Assembly (NCBI RefSeq): GCF_009914755.1
Contig: NC_060926.1
From: the human T2T-CHM13v2.0 reference genome, Homo sapiens
Reading direction: 5' to 3' (one strand)
Length of the DNA: 64,000 nt
Shown here piece after piece: positions 14,554-36,402 of this stretch. The translations under genes were made by a program, and so were the position numbers. Numbering within the stretch: position 1 is the stretch's first letter; the number at the start of each line of letters is the position of its first letter. The notes under the pieces are model-generated. The model was given only the letters and a program-made list of their open reading frames with translations. It was not told the DNA's origin and made no database searches.

Positions 14554-15355
14554 TTACAAATGTTTCCATGTCATATACAAATAAGAGGAAACATTGCATA
14601 CAGCCAGTGACCAATGTTAAGCAGAAAAGGACTGAAATTATAATTCAAGTGTAGAGATTTGAGTAAGTCCTGGGATGGCGGTTGATAGAATCCCCCAGGT
14701 AGGCTGAGCAATCCAGGAGCAAAGGGGTCATGTCTGCCTTTGTAGAGTCCCAGGGAGTTGGCCAGGCTCCAGAGGGGTGATGTCTGCAGGGGGTCTAGGC
14801 AGAGAGGGCCTTAGGCAGTCCACAGGGTTCTCCAAGGCTCAGTGTGAGTAGGAGCTGCCCTAGAGTAGCATGAAACTAGATAGGGCCACGGACAGCCTGA
14901 CGGTATCTCTTTCCCATGGCCCAGAATGGGAACTGCCTAATGATCTCCAGGCAGCTGAGAGGAGCCCAGAGCCCAGAAGTACCTGAGAGAACTGGATCTG
15001 GAGAAATATTGTCATTGGGAAGAGGAATGACTCTGAGGCAGCTGGTGTGAACCAAGAATGGAGACCTTTTCCCTCACAGATGCCAGTGTGGACAGATGAT
15101 CCTACCCACCTTCCCACCAGATGAAACTCGAGGATGAACTCTCAAATTGATTGAGATTATGTCCTTGCTACCCAGCAGAAGGGAGCTCACATTAGAAATT
15201 CTTTCCCCTCTTTTTGGTTAGTTTTCAAACTTAACAACTAGGTGTGCAGAGGGGTTGGGGGGGCAACTCCAATATAAAGAATGGATGATGTTATTTTAAC
15301 TATCTCGATTAATTTTGTAAGTTTACATTTCAAAGATTTATTGTAGATAGACTAT

Positions 15356-16316
<961 letters not shown>

Positions 16317-16796
16317 GAACAACAAGGTTGTTTCAATCAACACAAAAAAATTGAAATTGGGTTATGAATGACATACCAATTCTAGGACAGTCTCAGCTTC
16401 CATTGTACATCTCAGTTTTGCTTTATTTACACAGAATCAAGACAACCTTGATTTTACCAGGTAAGTAGTTGCATATGGTGGCCTCTTCCCACCACTTCCT
16501 TTTTCAGTCTTGAGATACTCTTTACGAAGCAGAAGTGGCAGGAGAAGCTTCAGTCTAAGCCTGGACTAAAGCAAGTTAACCTGGTAGCACAAGAAAATTC
16601 CCCAATGATGTCTTCTAGGCTAAAACATGGCATATAATATACTTGAGCAGGTGTTTTTTGAAGGGCAGATAAAAAAGAATTTTAAAACATTTAAAAAATT
16701 AAAATTCTCAGATATCTTGTGGAATCCTGAATGCATCTCTATGGAGCCCCAGAGTGATGTGGGGCACAGCTTGAAAACTCTTTAAAAAAATAATTT

Positions 16797-17774
<978 letters not shown>

Positions 17775-17829
17775 TTAGGCTCCTGGCCTCAAGAGATCCT
17801 CTTGCCTTGATCTCCCAAAATGCTGAGAT

Positions 17830-18169
17830 TGAGGCAGGAAAATAGGGTCTGGAGGCTGGGAACATAAGGCTGATTCAGACTTCAGCTATGAGAAGAAATA
17901 TTCTCTACATAGGGCATACACCAAGTAAATGACTTTGTAACTACTTCATCCTCTTCATTTACATCGGGTGTACCCCAAGTAGAGGGTATTTAAACTCACG
18001 AAAACTCTGTAACAGGACCCTTGGGTCCCTATGCTCAGGTCTGCTCCTACACTGTGGAGTGTACTTTTATTTTCAATAAATCCCTTCATTCCTTCCTTGT
18101 TTTGTTTGTGTGCTTTGTCCAATTCTTTGTTCAAGATGCCAAGAACCTGGACACCCTCCACTGTTAAAA
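17830..18169 (+). mobile_element. Solo ERV1 LTR, MER61-like, inserted into an Alu monomer
   Basis: Starts TGAGGCAGGAAAATAGGGTCTGGAGG; TATA-like TATTTAAA; AATAAA at ~18075; 4-bp TSD AGAT (17826-17829, 18170-18173); the Alu resumes on both sides. Confidence 0.8.
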
Positions 18170-18649
18170 AGATTATAGGCGTAAGCCACCGTGCCAGGCC
18201 TGAGTTTGAGAATTCTTGATCCAAATCAACCTTCTCATGAAACTGGGCCCTAGAAAGACATGGGTTTCATGTCATCACAGTGGGTGTCAGAAATTAGAAT
18301 ACACATGGATATCTCTGACTGTCATCCCAGTGTGTTTTCTATACACCTCTGAAATGACATGGCTTGAATACCCCGGCCTCTGTCCTCCCCATCCTCTGGG
18401 TCACATTCTCTTGAAGCCACTTCATGATAACACTCCTTGTTGCAAGGTAGGCCATGGAGCTGAGTGCAAGTGGGGGCTGAGTGGGGCCTCACTTTTCTCA
18501 TCTGGGATTTTACCTTCAAAGATAATAACAGTAGCTTCTGTTTACTGAGCACCCATTGTGCACCAGATATACCAGGCACATAAAGATAGGACTTCTAACC
18601 CTCTCCACAGCTTTGCAGATGTTACTGTTATCCTTATTTGGCAGACAAG

Positions 18650-19898
<1,249 letters not shown>

Positions 19899-20196
19899 GG
19901 AGAAAGTGCTTTTAGAGGTCAAGTACATTGTTTAAGGTCACACTGCTAAGACACAGTGGAAAAGGGACTCAAATGAGATCTGATGGACTCCAAAACTCAC
20001 ATCTTCTCCCCTGCTCCTGCTGACCTTGCAAGTCTAAAATTGTATTGTCAATCAGAGCATTTCTCACAGCATCTGGTGGAGTGCTGGTCAGATGTACCTG
20101 GTAAATACTTATTGAGTTGAACTGTCCCATTTTTCCAGGGTGGTGAGGGTAGGGTGAGAATGTGAGAATGTGTGGGTTGGTTCATAGCTATTATAT

Positions 20197-20430
20197 CTTT
20201 TTTTTTTTTTTTGAGATAGGGTCTTGCTCTGTTGCCAAGGCTAGAGTGCAGTGGCATAATCATGTCTTACTGCAACCTCCCACCTCAGCCTCTCAAGTAA
20301 GTGGGACCACAGGCATGCGCCATCATGCCCAGCTAAGTTTCGTATTTTTTTTAGAGACAAGGTCTTGCTCTGTTACCCAGGTTGGTCTCGAACTCCTGGG
20401 CTCAAGCAATCTGCCCACTTTTGCCTCTTA
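20197..20430 (-). mobile_element. Alu (J-like, internally deleted)
   Basis: Reverse Alu. Confidence 0.8.
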
Positions 20431-21631
20431 AAGTGCTATATGCATGGGTGTAAATGTGAAATTATATTTCCTACTGTGGATAATGATCAAAAGAGTTTGG
20501 AAAGTCCTGAGCTGAAGTACTGTGTAGGTTGCAGATCTAGTTTCTGTTGAAAACATTGGTTTACAGATTCAATCTTGGGCTGAGCATCAAACTCTTCTGT
20601 GTTCTTAGCCTACTTCTGCCAACTTGTCCTTCAGCTAACTCAGTGATAGAGCCACTCCCTTTTCTCTTCCTTCCTTCTCCCTTTTATAAATTGTGACAAT
20701 ACTATTAACTCTCAGGGGTGTGGTGGCAGGCAGTTAGTGTCTCTGAGGTATGAGGTAAATAATTATTATTGTTCCTGGGAATCCTGTATTTCCCTTTCTC
20801 CCCCTCTTATTACTGTGGTTGTTATAGCAAAACAACAATGGTGATAATAATAATAATTTGTGGAACCTGTTGTGGTCCAGGCCTTGGGAGCAGAAGTGCT
20901 GAGGAGCCCCTTAAGGAAGGTCTCTTGTGGGGCTGGGCTCTGTTCCACCACAGGAGGCGACCTCAGGCCTGTCACACACACTCAACCCAAAGGGCTCTGC
21001 TTCTCCTTACAGTAAAAGTCCATTCAGGGAACTTTGGTTGAAATCTTTGGATCTGGGTTGGTCTTAGGTATTCCTTTCTCTGGGATTCAATTTCTTTATC
21101 TGTAAAATGAGCTTGACTGGATTAAACCATCTCTCTGGTTCCTTACCAAAGAGGCCAAGAGTCCCTTCTTAATCAGGCTACATCCCTGGCTCCAAATTGT
21201 GAAGAGTAAGAAGAGAGGAGAGATCCATTCTGAGGCATTGTCAAGACTGGGTGGGGTGGTGGGATTTGAGGAGATATTGTCAAAGTTGTGGACAGTTAGA
21301 GGGCTGAATGTGGACACTAGGCTCCTGAAAGGACAAGGGATTAGGACAGAAGTTTTAAGAGGGGATCCAGAGTTGCCAAAGACTTATTTCATCTACTGTA
21401 AATACTGAATACTTTACCCGTGTAAACACCATGCCACACAGATATTCAAAATATATCCAAGCTCAACAAGAAGAGTGATACTAATGGCTGGACCTAGGTT
21501 CTCTTGGTGATATTAGAACATCAGTGGCACTTTACATAAAGTCAGACATCTCAGTTCTGACAGGACAAGCATCTGGCCCAGGACCACTGTGGGTCATTTA
21601 ATCCTGGAGAAATGAAAAGGTTGCCGTCAAC

Positions 21632-21894
21632 TTTTCTTCTTTTTTTTGGCAGGGTCTTACTTAGGCTGGAGGGCAGTGGCAGGATCACAGCTCAAGTGAT
21701 CCTTTCACCTCGGCCTCCTGAGTAGCTGGGACTACAGTTGTGCTCCACCATGCCCAGCTAATATTTTACTTTCTGTAGAGACGGGGTCTTACTGTGTTGC
21801 CTAGGCTGATCTCGAAATCCTGAGCTCAAGCAATCCTTCCACTTTGGCCCCACCAAAGTGCTGGGATTACAGGCGTGAGCTACCAGCCCCAGCT
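21632..21894 (-). mobile_element. Alu (J-like)
   Basis: Reverse Alu, TSD-like TTGCC(G/T)TCAAC. Confidence 0.85.
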
Positions 21895-22814
21895 TGCCTT
21901 CAACCTTTAAAGACAAGATCTGTACACTTATTTTTGTCATTAAGTCAATGTAACTTAGTGGGGTGTGGGGAGGGTGATGGTGGGCTGAGAAGGGATAGTT
22001 GCCATTTAGGTGGTCTGTGCTGAGAGGGGGTGAGAGATGCTTCAGGGAATGAGGGAGGGGCTGTCATTATACCAGCAGCACCGCTGGGCTTGGGACCTCT
22101 AGCCATGGCTTGTGGCTCCTGGTCAGGAACCCAAGAGAGGCAAGACCATCAGGTTCCAGCTGAACTTTTAGCAGACATGCGGGGTGGCTCCACCGAACAC
22201 CAAAGGAGGTGGGACGCATTTCTTCTCCTGACTTGAGGTTATGCTGGCCATGACCAGAAAGAACATTAGTGGGATTTTCTCTCTTCCCTGTTAGAAGCAT
22301 GGAGAGTAGCTTAGCAGAGGGCCAGCTGAGCACATTCTTAATGGAAGGGCAGAGGGGAGGAGTAAATGCCCTTGGTCTACCTGTGCTAGTGGAACCCCTA
22401 CATGGGAAGACCTCAAGCCACCCAGGGCAGAACTGTGTGTTCTTCAGAGGAGCGAGACACAGGGCATGGCCAAGGTTGGGTTTCTGCATCCTTTGTGCAC
22501 AGGAAGAATAATGCTTAAATGTATTCAACGGGCAGATATGAAGGAAACAAGATACTGTATCTGGACAACTGCAAAGGGGTGAGCTGTGGGTGGGAGGTGT
22601 GGGAAAAGGAAGGAACCAGCGAGTTGGTATCCAGAGAGTTGCCTGGAGTGCAGGCAGGTTGTATGTACATGAACCTCAAGTATATTTTAGCACCAGATTC
22701 TTCATACCTGGTTGTCCCCATCACTACTCCACTGAAGCTGCCATCTCCTGAGGGCACCCTGGGCCTCTGCAACCTGGAGAGGTGGACAGCATTTGGAGTG
22801 GTCATCCCTTGGGA

Positions 22815-23627
<813 letters not shown>

Positions 23628-24279
23628 ACCTACACTAGGTACTTCCCTGGTTGCTTCATGCCCTCTCAGTACCGCACACTCAATGGAGCGAGTGTGAGTG
23701 GCGGTTGTTGATGGAAAGTTTGAGGCAACAAGAGAAGTCATACAGCATCACGGCACAGCAAACAGCTTTAACTTGAACATAGGATTGTGTGGTTCAGAAA
23801 GGCCTCAGCGATTCCTGCTTCTGTGGAGAAGAACATTCTACTCACTATGAGGTTTGGCCTTTCTTTCCTCCACCCTTATCGTATCTTCCTTTCTGGATCC
23901 AGTCTCCCAGGCTTCTTTGTGTGTTTTCCTTTCACCTGTCCAGCCCAAGTCCTAGAAGCTTCACTTTTATATTCAAGTTAAGTAAAAGAACTCATTTCTC
24001 CTCAGGCAGAACTCTGTCTCTATATCTTAGAATAATACACATGTACACACAAATACACATATTTCTCTCTCTGCTACACAAATGTTTTAAAAATTAGTCT
24101 GCCTGATAAGCACATAGGCATTGGCTGTATTAGTCTCTGTGTTTACTTTCCTGTGTGCTCGAAAATATTTCAAAATAAAAAATTAAAAGGAAAATGAATG
24201 GAGAAGACTGGGGATGTCATGATCAATGCTGGACATAGGGGAAATAGCTCCGTTGGTACACAGAGTCTCATTTATTTAT

Positions 24280-24510
24280 TTACAAACGTCTGGCTTACGA
24301 TGTGCCGGGCATTATTCTAGGTGCTTTGGAAATATGTCTTCAAATCCTCATTCTAATCCTATGGTATTATTATTATTGTCTGCATTTTACAGATGAGGAA
24401 ACAGAAAAGTTAAGCACCTTACACAAGGTCATGTGTTTGCAAGTAGTAAAGCCAGGATTCAAACCCAGGCTGTCTGGCTCCAGAGGCCATACCTGTAACC
24501 ACCATGCCTT
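24280..24510. mobile_element. MIR
   Basis: cattttacagatgaggaaacaga...aaggtca...ggattcaaacccagg MIR core. Confidence 0.85.
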
Positions 24511-24522
24511 CCTGCTTCTTGA

Positions 24523-25200
<678 letters not shown>

Positions 25201-25424
25201 ATCTCTTAGTAGTTTTTGAGGAGCAGTTTAGAGTGTCAGCAAAGTTCTTCACAGATCCAAGAGTTGTTAGCTGATGTAATCCGGCTGGATGAGGGAGGTA
25301 GAGAGGAAGGCAAGAGGTGGCGGGTGGCTGAGGGCTGCTTGCGTAACATCTTGACTGTGGCAGCAGACACAGTGGAGGTTGTGAGATTTGTTATGGATGT
25401 TAAGAAGGGCTAAAGAGCCACTAG

Positions 25425-26065
<641 letters not shown>

Positions 26066-26819
26066 GGAGGCTTGCCTTGTTCTTTAAAGTCAAGAAAACA
26101 TAGTTTCTAGGAAATGGAAAAAAAAGATAATGAGATAATAGAAATGAAGATGGATCTGCCTAATGGAGTACATAAAGAGGAAGGAAGATGAAATAAAAAG
26201 GAAAGAACACTTTGAAATGAAATGTGGTAGTGGTTTCCATAGTACTTAATGTTTTAGAAGTGGGGATCTTATGGGAAAATCTAGGTTTCAGTTAAGACAA
26301 GGAGGTGAAGGAAACCTTAGTAGAAAGGTTGGCAGTATGGGGGCATTTATTACACTCAAAACTAATTCTGGTGGGCATGGTGGAAAAGCTTGAGACAGAA
26401 ACAGAAGGAAGTTGAGTCAGGGCATGGAAACCCTGAGTGCTATGATGATGAAAATACCAGAGGTGGTAGACGGCCAGAGAGCCTTGTGTTACAGAGTCAT
26501 GTGTGTGGGGCAGGGTGAGTTTAATTGGCTACTCAGGTAGGACACAAACCAGCTAAGGCTCTGGAAGTACACATGCACTTTTCACCAGGAACATATCCCG
26601 CTGGTGTGTGTGCAGCAAAGTACAGCCATTGTTAAGAGACACTCAAAACAAAAGCAACCCAGAAAGGCTACAAATAAGAGGGCAGCCTTGCAAAGGCAGA
26701 CCCAAAGAAATCAGGGATTGCAGCATCAGTATCAGGATAAATGAATCCAAGATAAAAACATGCTGAAGTTCTTTTAGGCCTTCAAGGAAAAAGATGAGTC
26801 CCAGGTTTAATAAATCCAA

Positions 26820-27290
26820 CACTGACTAAGTGAAATTAATAAAGGAATTTATTGGTGTAACTCATCAAATCAAAGACAGAGCAGAGACAGAGCTGGCTTT
26901 GGCCAAACCAAAGGACTCCAGGGCAGTTGGAGTGGTTTTTGGTTTTTCATTTCTGCATTTCTCTGTGTGTTGGCTCTGTTTTATCCTTCACATGGAGAAG
27001 AACGTGGATCTTGGCAGCTTGAGGGTCACATCCTTTCAGCTTGTACCCAGAGAGGAAAAGAAGGCAGCTCTTACTGCTAGCTTTTACAAGAAAAAGCCCG
27101 GGAAAGACCTCTGATTGGCCTGGCTTGGGTCCCATATATACCCTGGAAACAGCAATTATGAGGTACCTGATTGGTACCTGATTGGCTCAACCTCACATGT
27201 GTGTACTTCTGAGGTCAAGGCTGCAGGGTCTCTTAATGGAGAAGGGGTTGGGGAGAGGATTAACAGATAGCTTTGCAAAATATAGCCACT
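26820..27290 (-). mobile_element. Old ERVL LTR (LTR33-like)
   Basis: ggaatttattgg..., ctctgattggcctggcttgggtc and repeated ctgattgg motifs typical of LTR33/LTR16. Confidence 0.5.
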
Positions 27291-27519
27291 ACCATAAGTA
27301 GATAAGCAGATTCAACACATTGTTATTAAAAACAAAGCAACTATAAAATGGATACCACACCTAATATAATAAAGACAAAATGAGTAATCAGAAAAGGAAC
27401 ATAGATACCACGGTGAACAAAAATTATTAGAATAATGTAATGCATAATGCTATGCTAATATGTTTTTAGATCTCATGGGATTCTTTTTAAAGATAATATA
27501 AATTATCAATATATGTTCA

Positions 27520-27875
<356 letters not shown>

Positions 27876-27968
27876 GAATTCCTGTGATACATAAATTATT
27901 GGATAGTAGAGAATTTTATTTTACAAAGCTAGCATGAAACATAAAGAGAACAAAACATCCCCTCAACA

Positions 27969-28389
<421 letters not shown>

Positions 28390-28529
28390 TTATTCCAGGA
28401 ATGCTGATATAGTTCAATATAAAGTGATATATCAGTATAAACTATTCATTTCATCACAGGTCAAAGGCAGCAAAAGCAATCACTTCATTGTTCACATATA
28501 ATTCAGTGATGTCCATGTTGAAAACACAA

Positions 28530-29822
<1,293 letters not shown>

Positions 29823-30445
29823 AAAATGACGTCATTATCTACAGATATGGTAAGAAGGCATTTGATACAAATGTGTTTTGGCGAAATTACCTAATAAATT
29901 AAGGATGGAAAGTTTTCCTTGAATATGATAAAGAATATCTACCTTAAATATTAAAATGTATTATAAAGTATAGTATGGCAATAGACATAGAGAAAAATAT
30001 TTACAAATGAATAACGAGCTCACAATAGATTCAAATATATATATAGGGATTTAATAAAAGATAAAGATGGCTTCAAATCACCAAGGAAAAAGAGGAGTCA
30101 CTCAATCAACATATTAGAACAACTGGCTGGCCATTTGGGGAAAAAGTGATCTAAGTCTCATGTCAAAATAAACTCCAGATTTGAAATTTAGAAACATAAC
30201 AAAAAAGTGCTAGGGGAAACACAGGCAAAACTGTTCTTATAATCTTGAGGCAGGATGATTCTAAGTAGGACATAAAGGAGAGAAATAAAACAGAAAAATA
30301 TGGATATGCAAAAATTAAAAAACCCTTGTTCTTCACAAACTGGGAAAACATTTGTAACATATGTGTCTGATAAAAGAATGATAACAAAGTGTTTCTACCA
30401 ATTAAAGAAAAAGGCAAAAAACTCAATAGAAAAGTGGGCAATTTA

Positions 30446-30769
30446 GCCGGGCAAGGTGGCTCACACCTGTAATCCCAGCACTTTGGGAGGCTGAGGCGGG
30501 CGGATCACCAGGTCAAGAGATCAAGACCATCCTGGCTAACATGGTGAAACCCCGTCTCTACTAAAAATACAAAAAAAAAAAAAAAAAAAAAAATTAGCTG
30601 GGCGTGCTGGCATGAGCCTGAAGTCCCAGCTACTTGAGAGGCCAAGGCAGGAGAATTGCTTGAACCTGAAGGTGGAGGTTGCAGGGTTGCAGTGAACAGA
30701 GATCGAGCCACTGCACTCCAGCCTGGTGACAGAGCAAGACTCAGTCTCAAAGAAAAAAAAAAAAAAAAG
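30446..30769 (+). mobile_element. Alu (Sc-like)
   Basis: TSD AAGTGGGCAATT. Confidence 0.9.
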
Positions 30770-30825
30770 AGAAGTGGGCAATTCACCAAAGGAAAAAGAA
30801 ATAGGAATGGCTAATAAGCATATCG

Positions 30826-31224
30826 TTGGAGAAGGCTTTGTCCTCCTAAAAAGATATGTTGAAGTCCCAACCCCTAGTACTTCAGACTGTGATCTTATTT
30901 GGAAATAGGGCCTGTACACTTGGATTAATTTATATTCTAGTTAAACTGAGGTCATAGAGTGGTCTCTAATCCATTGTGACTGGGTGTCCTTATAGAGTGG
31001 GGACATTTGGACAGAGGCAGACAGGCACAGAGGGAAGACACGTGAAGAGGCACAGAGAGAAGACAGCCCTGCAAGCCAAGGGACAGCTGAGGCTACCTGC
31101 AGCCAGGAGAGAGGCGGGAGCAGATCCTTCCCTACCATCTTCAGAGGTGAGACCATCAATATCTGTTGTTTTAGGCCACGCAGCTTGTCACACTTTGTTA
31201 GAGCAGCCTGAGGAAACTAATGCA
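30826..31224 (+). mobile_element. MaLR LTR (MLT1B/C-like)
   Basis: aaagatatgttgaagtcccaaccc...ttatttggaaataggg...gcagcctgaggaaactaatgca. Confidence 0.8.
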
Positions 31225-31916
31225 TGTATGAAATCATATTCAGTTTCACTAAACATTTAAGAAATCAAAAAGAAAACAAATCACGGTTCTTCCTATCACA
31301 CAGTTCAACTCGTTGGCTAGCAGGGCAAAACCTTTTGCAGGCGAGGATGAGAGGAAAAAGGACCGTTTACACGGTGGTGATGTAAATGGTACGACTAGCC
31401 TGTAGAGCAAGGTCATTTAGCAGTGAATATCATAAGCCACAAATACATGAAAACTCCTTGACCCAACAATTCATCTTGAAGGAGGGAGATAAGCAGACAT
31501 GTTTGGAAAGATATGTGAACTAGGATGTATAGTACAGCATTTATAATATTCCACGTTTGGAAGCAACTAAACGTGTAAGAACAGGAAACAGATTAAATAA
31601 CTAACAAAAGGACCGTGCAATGAAGTACCCCACAGACACAAAGAACCACACTGTAGGAGAATTTTTTTTGGTAAGAAAGAAGTATGTTACATTTGATTGA
31701 GTGAAAAAACTCAAGTAACAAAATAGTTTATGCATCATGATTTATTTTTAAAATAAGAAACAAATGTTATATATACATGCCTAGAAGAAAATCTGAAGAA
31801 TCACAGCACAACTGTTAAGGGTCATCACATAGGAGTGATTGGATTAGAAATGACTATAATTTTCTTCTGAATGTTTACAGGGGTTTCTAAGTTTTCTTTA
31901 ATAAATGTGTCTTCTT

Positions 31917-32520
<604 letters not shown>

Positions 32521-33406
32521 TTATATAAAATTTCTCTTGTTAGAACATCCATCCTAATTAATGAGAAAAAGAATGAGGACTGATAGTTCATATAATACTA
32601 AAGCTCACTCAACAAAACTTTGAAATTATTATTATTTTTAGTTAACTATCAGGTGCTTTATCCACAGATACTTAAGGCCTTATCACTGCCCAGAGACATT
32701 AGCTGGACCAAAGGGCAGCATGGGCAAGCTGGGCTGCTCAGCAGGGAGCAGGCGCTGTGGATTTCCGTTTTCATCCCGTCAGCTTGCTCCCTCTGTAATC
32801 ACAGCTCTGCCCAGATTGTCTTAATGACAACCCTGCCTCACCTGGTTTCCGGAATGGATGCATTCCTTCCCACTTTGATCACAGAATGCTATTCTCATTC
32901 TCCAGGGTGTGGGCCCAGCCTGGCTCAGTGCCTGCTTGCCAAGGACCTGCCCTGAGTCACTCTGTCTTTGGTGCCGACAATCTGATTGCTACAGCTGGAT
33001 ATTTTTTCTTTCCTCTCCTTCAACTTGAAGAAAACACCCTCCTACTCACTCCCGCTGCCCTGCCCTGCCCATGGGAATCACTCTAGAGTTTAACAATGTT
33101 GTCTGTCCTCTGTCTGTAACTTTGGGAAAACAGGTGAGCTGGGAAGCAGCAGGTGAGCTGGAGTACAGAGTACAAAAGGGCACACTGGGGCTTTGGCTTC
33201 TGTTCTGATGGATTGCCAGGGTGTACAAAGCAGTTCTCATGGAAAAGGCATCATGGCAATTTGTTTACTGTGGTTAGTCTTGAGGATCTGCTGTTAATTT
33301 AGCCATATATGTGTACACACACACACACACATGCATGCAAATGTGTTAAGAACTATAAAGTTCTCTACAATCGTTATTTAAATATCAGAGACGCTCTTGG
33401 TTGAGC

Positions 33407-33705
33407 TTTTGTTTTTTTTAGAGACAGTCTTGTTCTGTTGCCCAGGCTAGAGTGCAGTGGTGTGATCATAGCTCACGGTAACCTTGAACTCCTGGGCTCA
33501 AGAGATCCTCCTGCTTCAGCTTCCTGAGCAGCTGTGACTACTGGCATGGGCCACTATGCCTGCCCAATTAAAACAAATTTTCTTTTGTGTAGATGCGGTC
33601 TCAATATGTTGCCCAGGCTGCTTTCAAATTCCCGGCCTCAAATGATCCTTCCACTTCAGCCTTCCAAAGTACTGCTATTATAGGCGTGAGCCACTGCCCT
33701 TGGCC
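33407..33705 (-). mobile_element. Alu (J-like)
   Basis: Diverged reverse Alu. Confidence 0.85.
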
Positions 33706-33804
33706 TCCAGCCAGCTTTATAGAACATAACTACTGTGAATAATGAAGGTAAACTGTACTTTGCCTCACCCAAGATGGTGGGACCTGTAAAGATTCAAAAG
33801 TGCC

Positions 33805-34140
<336 letters not shown>

Positions 34141-35467
34141 CTAGGCTCCTGGGGAACATCTGTGTTCCGGTGTTCCACAGCCTGAACCTCCAGCACTCTG
34201 TGAGCTCAGAGTGGGGCCCTCTCTCCTCTGCACCCCAGACACCAGCATTAAGTTACTGCTGCTCCTCCCAGCAACCCAGAGGTACCTCTGGAACTTTGTG
34301 GCTCAAGCTTGATGTTAGTGGATGTGTTTGATTCTAGGGGCGGGGAGAAGTCTGCAGGAACTTCTTCGGCGGCAGTGTAGAGACTGCTGCTTAGGGCCAG
34401 CCTGGGTGGGAACAGATGGGGCTGCTCACCTCCCAGCTGAAGCAAAAAAAAAAAAAAAAAAAAGCAGGGAGGAGACTGCCCCCTATTAGAGGAGAGAAAC
34501 AGAATTCACAGCTGGAGACACTATTTGGGGGTTGCAAAGAGAGACTATACATTGGATTTGAACCATGAGGTTGGAAGCTGATGGGACTGGGAACAAGTTG
34601 GGCTGGAGCAGATGAAACAGGGAGATGTGAACAAAAGAACACCAAGGAGGGGAGCACCAGAGAGGAGCAAAACACATGTCACCCTGCCCATATCCCTCCA
34701 GTGGGGGACACAGATGCCAAATAGATAAGCAAAGTGTATCATTATAAATTGGGGGACGTATTATTCAGAAAAGGTAGAGGGCTGTGAAAGAGAATAACAG
34801 AGGGGCTTTAACTGAGATGGGGATGGGGGAAGCCAGGAGAGGCCCCAGAACCAAGCTTTGAATTGTGAAAGGATGTGAACCAGGCTGCAGGGGCGCCCAA
34901 AGCACATTAGGAGCAGAATGGCCCACCTGGGGTCACCAAGATGGACAGGGCTGGGTGCCTTCCAGGACTGAAAAAACCGTCTGCCTGAGGGGCAGAGAGG
35001 CCAGTGGGGTCGGGAGATGAGACCGGGAACAGAGGCAGGGCCAGACCATACCGGCCTGCAGGCTGCGTGAAGGAGCTTGGAGTTTATTCTAAATGCAACT
35101 GTGCTCTGGGTGCCTGTCCTCACGGTGTGACTTTTAGGACCACCAAATATATTTGATGGCATTGTTCTATGTTAGAGCAAACTTGCAGATTTTATAAACA
35201 TTTGAAGGGAGATACACTGCCACGTTTGCAAAGTTGTTTTGAAGGTGGAAGTGGGTGAAACTGTGTTCCTCTTTCTACTTTTAAAATATTTTGCCTTATT
35301 TTCTTAACGACTGCATTACTTTGATAAATGTGAACATTATGGGAAAAAGAGCCCCCTGTGCTGATGGCTGAAGTCCCTGGGTCCCATGGGGTAGATTCTG
35401 GGCTAATGCTTTATGTTCATGAAGTTTTATAAAAATTGTGATTTTGATTGGGATTGCACTGAATTTA

Positions 35468-35945
<478 letters not shown>

Positions 35946-36096
35946 TATCAAGGTCACTCAGCCCTGACCCAGGTGATTTAGCTTGTGAGGTCACCCATCA
36001 CTGACCCCCTAGTCCTGCCAGCTGAGGGCCCCACACCCAGAGCTGGGGACAGTTTCTATTTGCCTTCTGCCTAGTTTGACAGGATCAGCTTCCTGG

Positions 36097-36402
36097 GTTT
36101 TTTTTTTTTTTTTTTTTTTGAGGCCGAGTTTTGCTCTTTGTTGCCCAGGCTGTAGTGCAGTGGCACGATCTTGGCTCACTGCAACCCTGCCTCCTGGGTT
36201 CAAGTGATTTTCCTGCCTCAGCCTCCCCAGTAGCTGGGATTACAGGCACCCACCACCATGCTGGGATACTTTTTTGTATTTTCAGTAGAGACGGGGTTTT
36301 GCCATATTGGTCAGGCTGGTCTCGAACTCCTGACCTCAGGTGATCCACCCGCCTCAGCCTCCCAAAGTGCTGGGATTACAGGTGTGAACACCGCCCCTGG
36401 CC
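36097..36402 (-). mobile_element. Alu (Sp/Sq-like)
   Basis: Reverse Alu after poly-T. Confidence 0.9.

Larger units (their letters stand above)
29825..31905 (+). mobile_element. Old L1M(E) fragments interrupted by an Alu and an MLT1
   Basis: A-rich, L1 ORF2/3'UTR-like phrases (gaaggcatttgatacaa, gacccaacaattc, ggaagcaactaaa). Confidence 0.6.

Noticed and set aside
34444-34463. Isolated A20 tract as an extremely truncated retroinsertion
   Set aside because: Only a 4-bp flanking repeat (AAGC); indistinguishable from a simple homopolymer.
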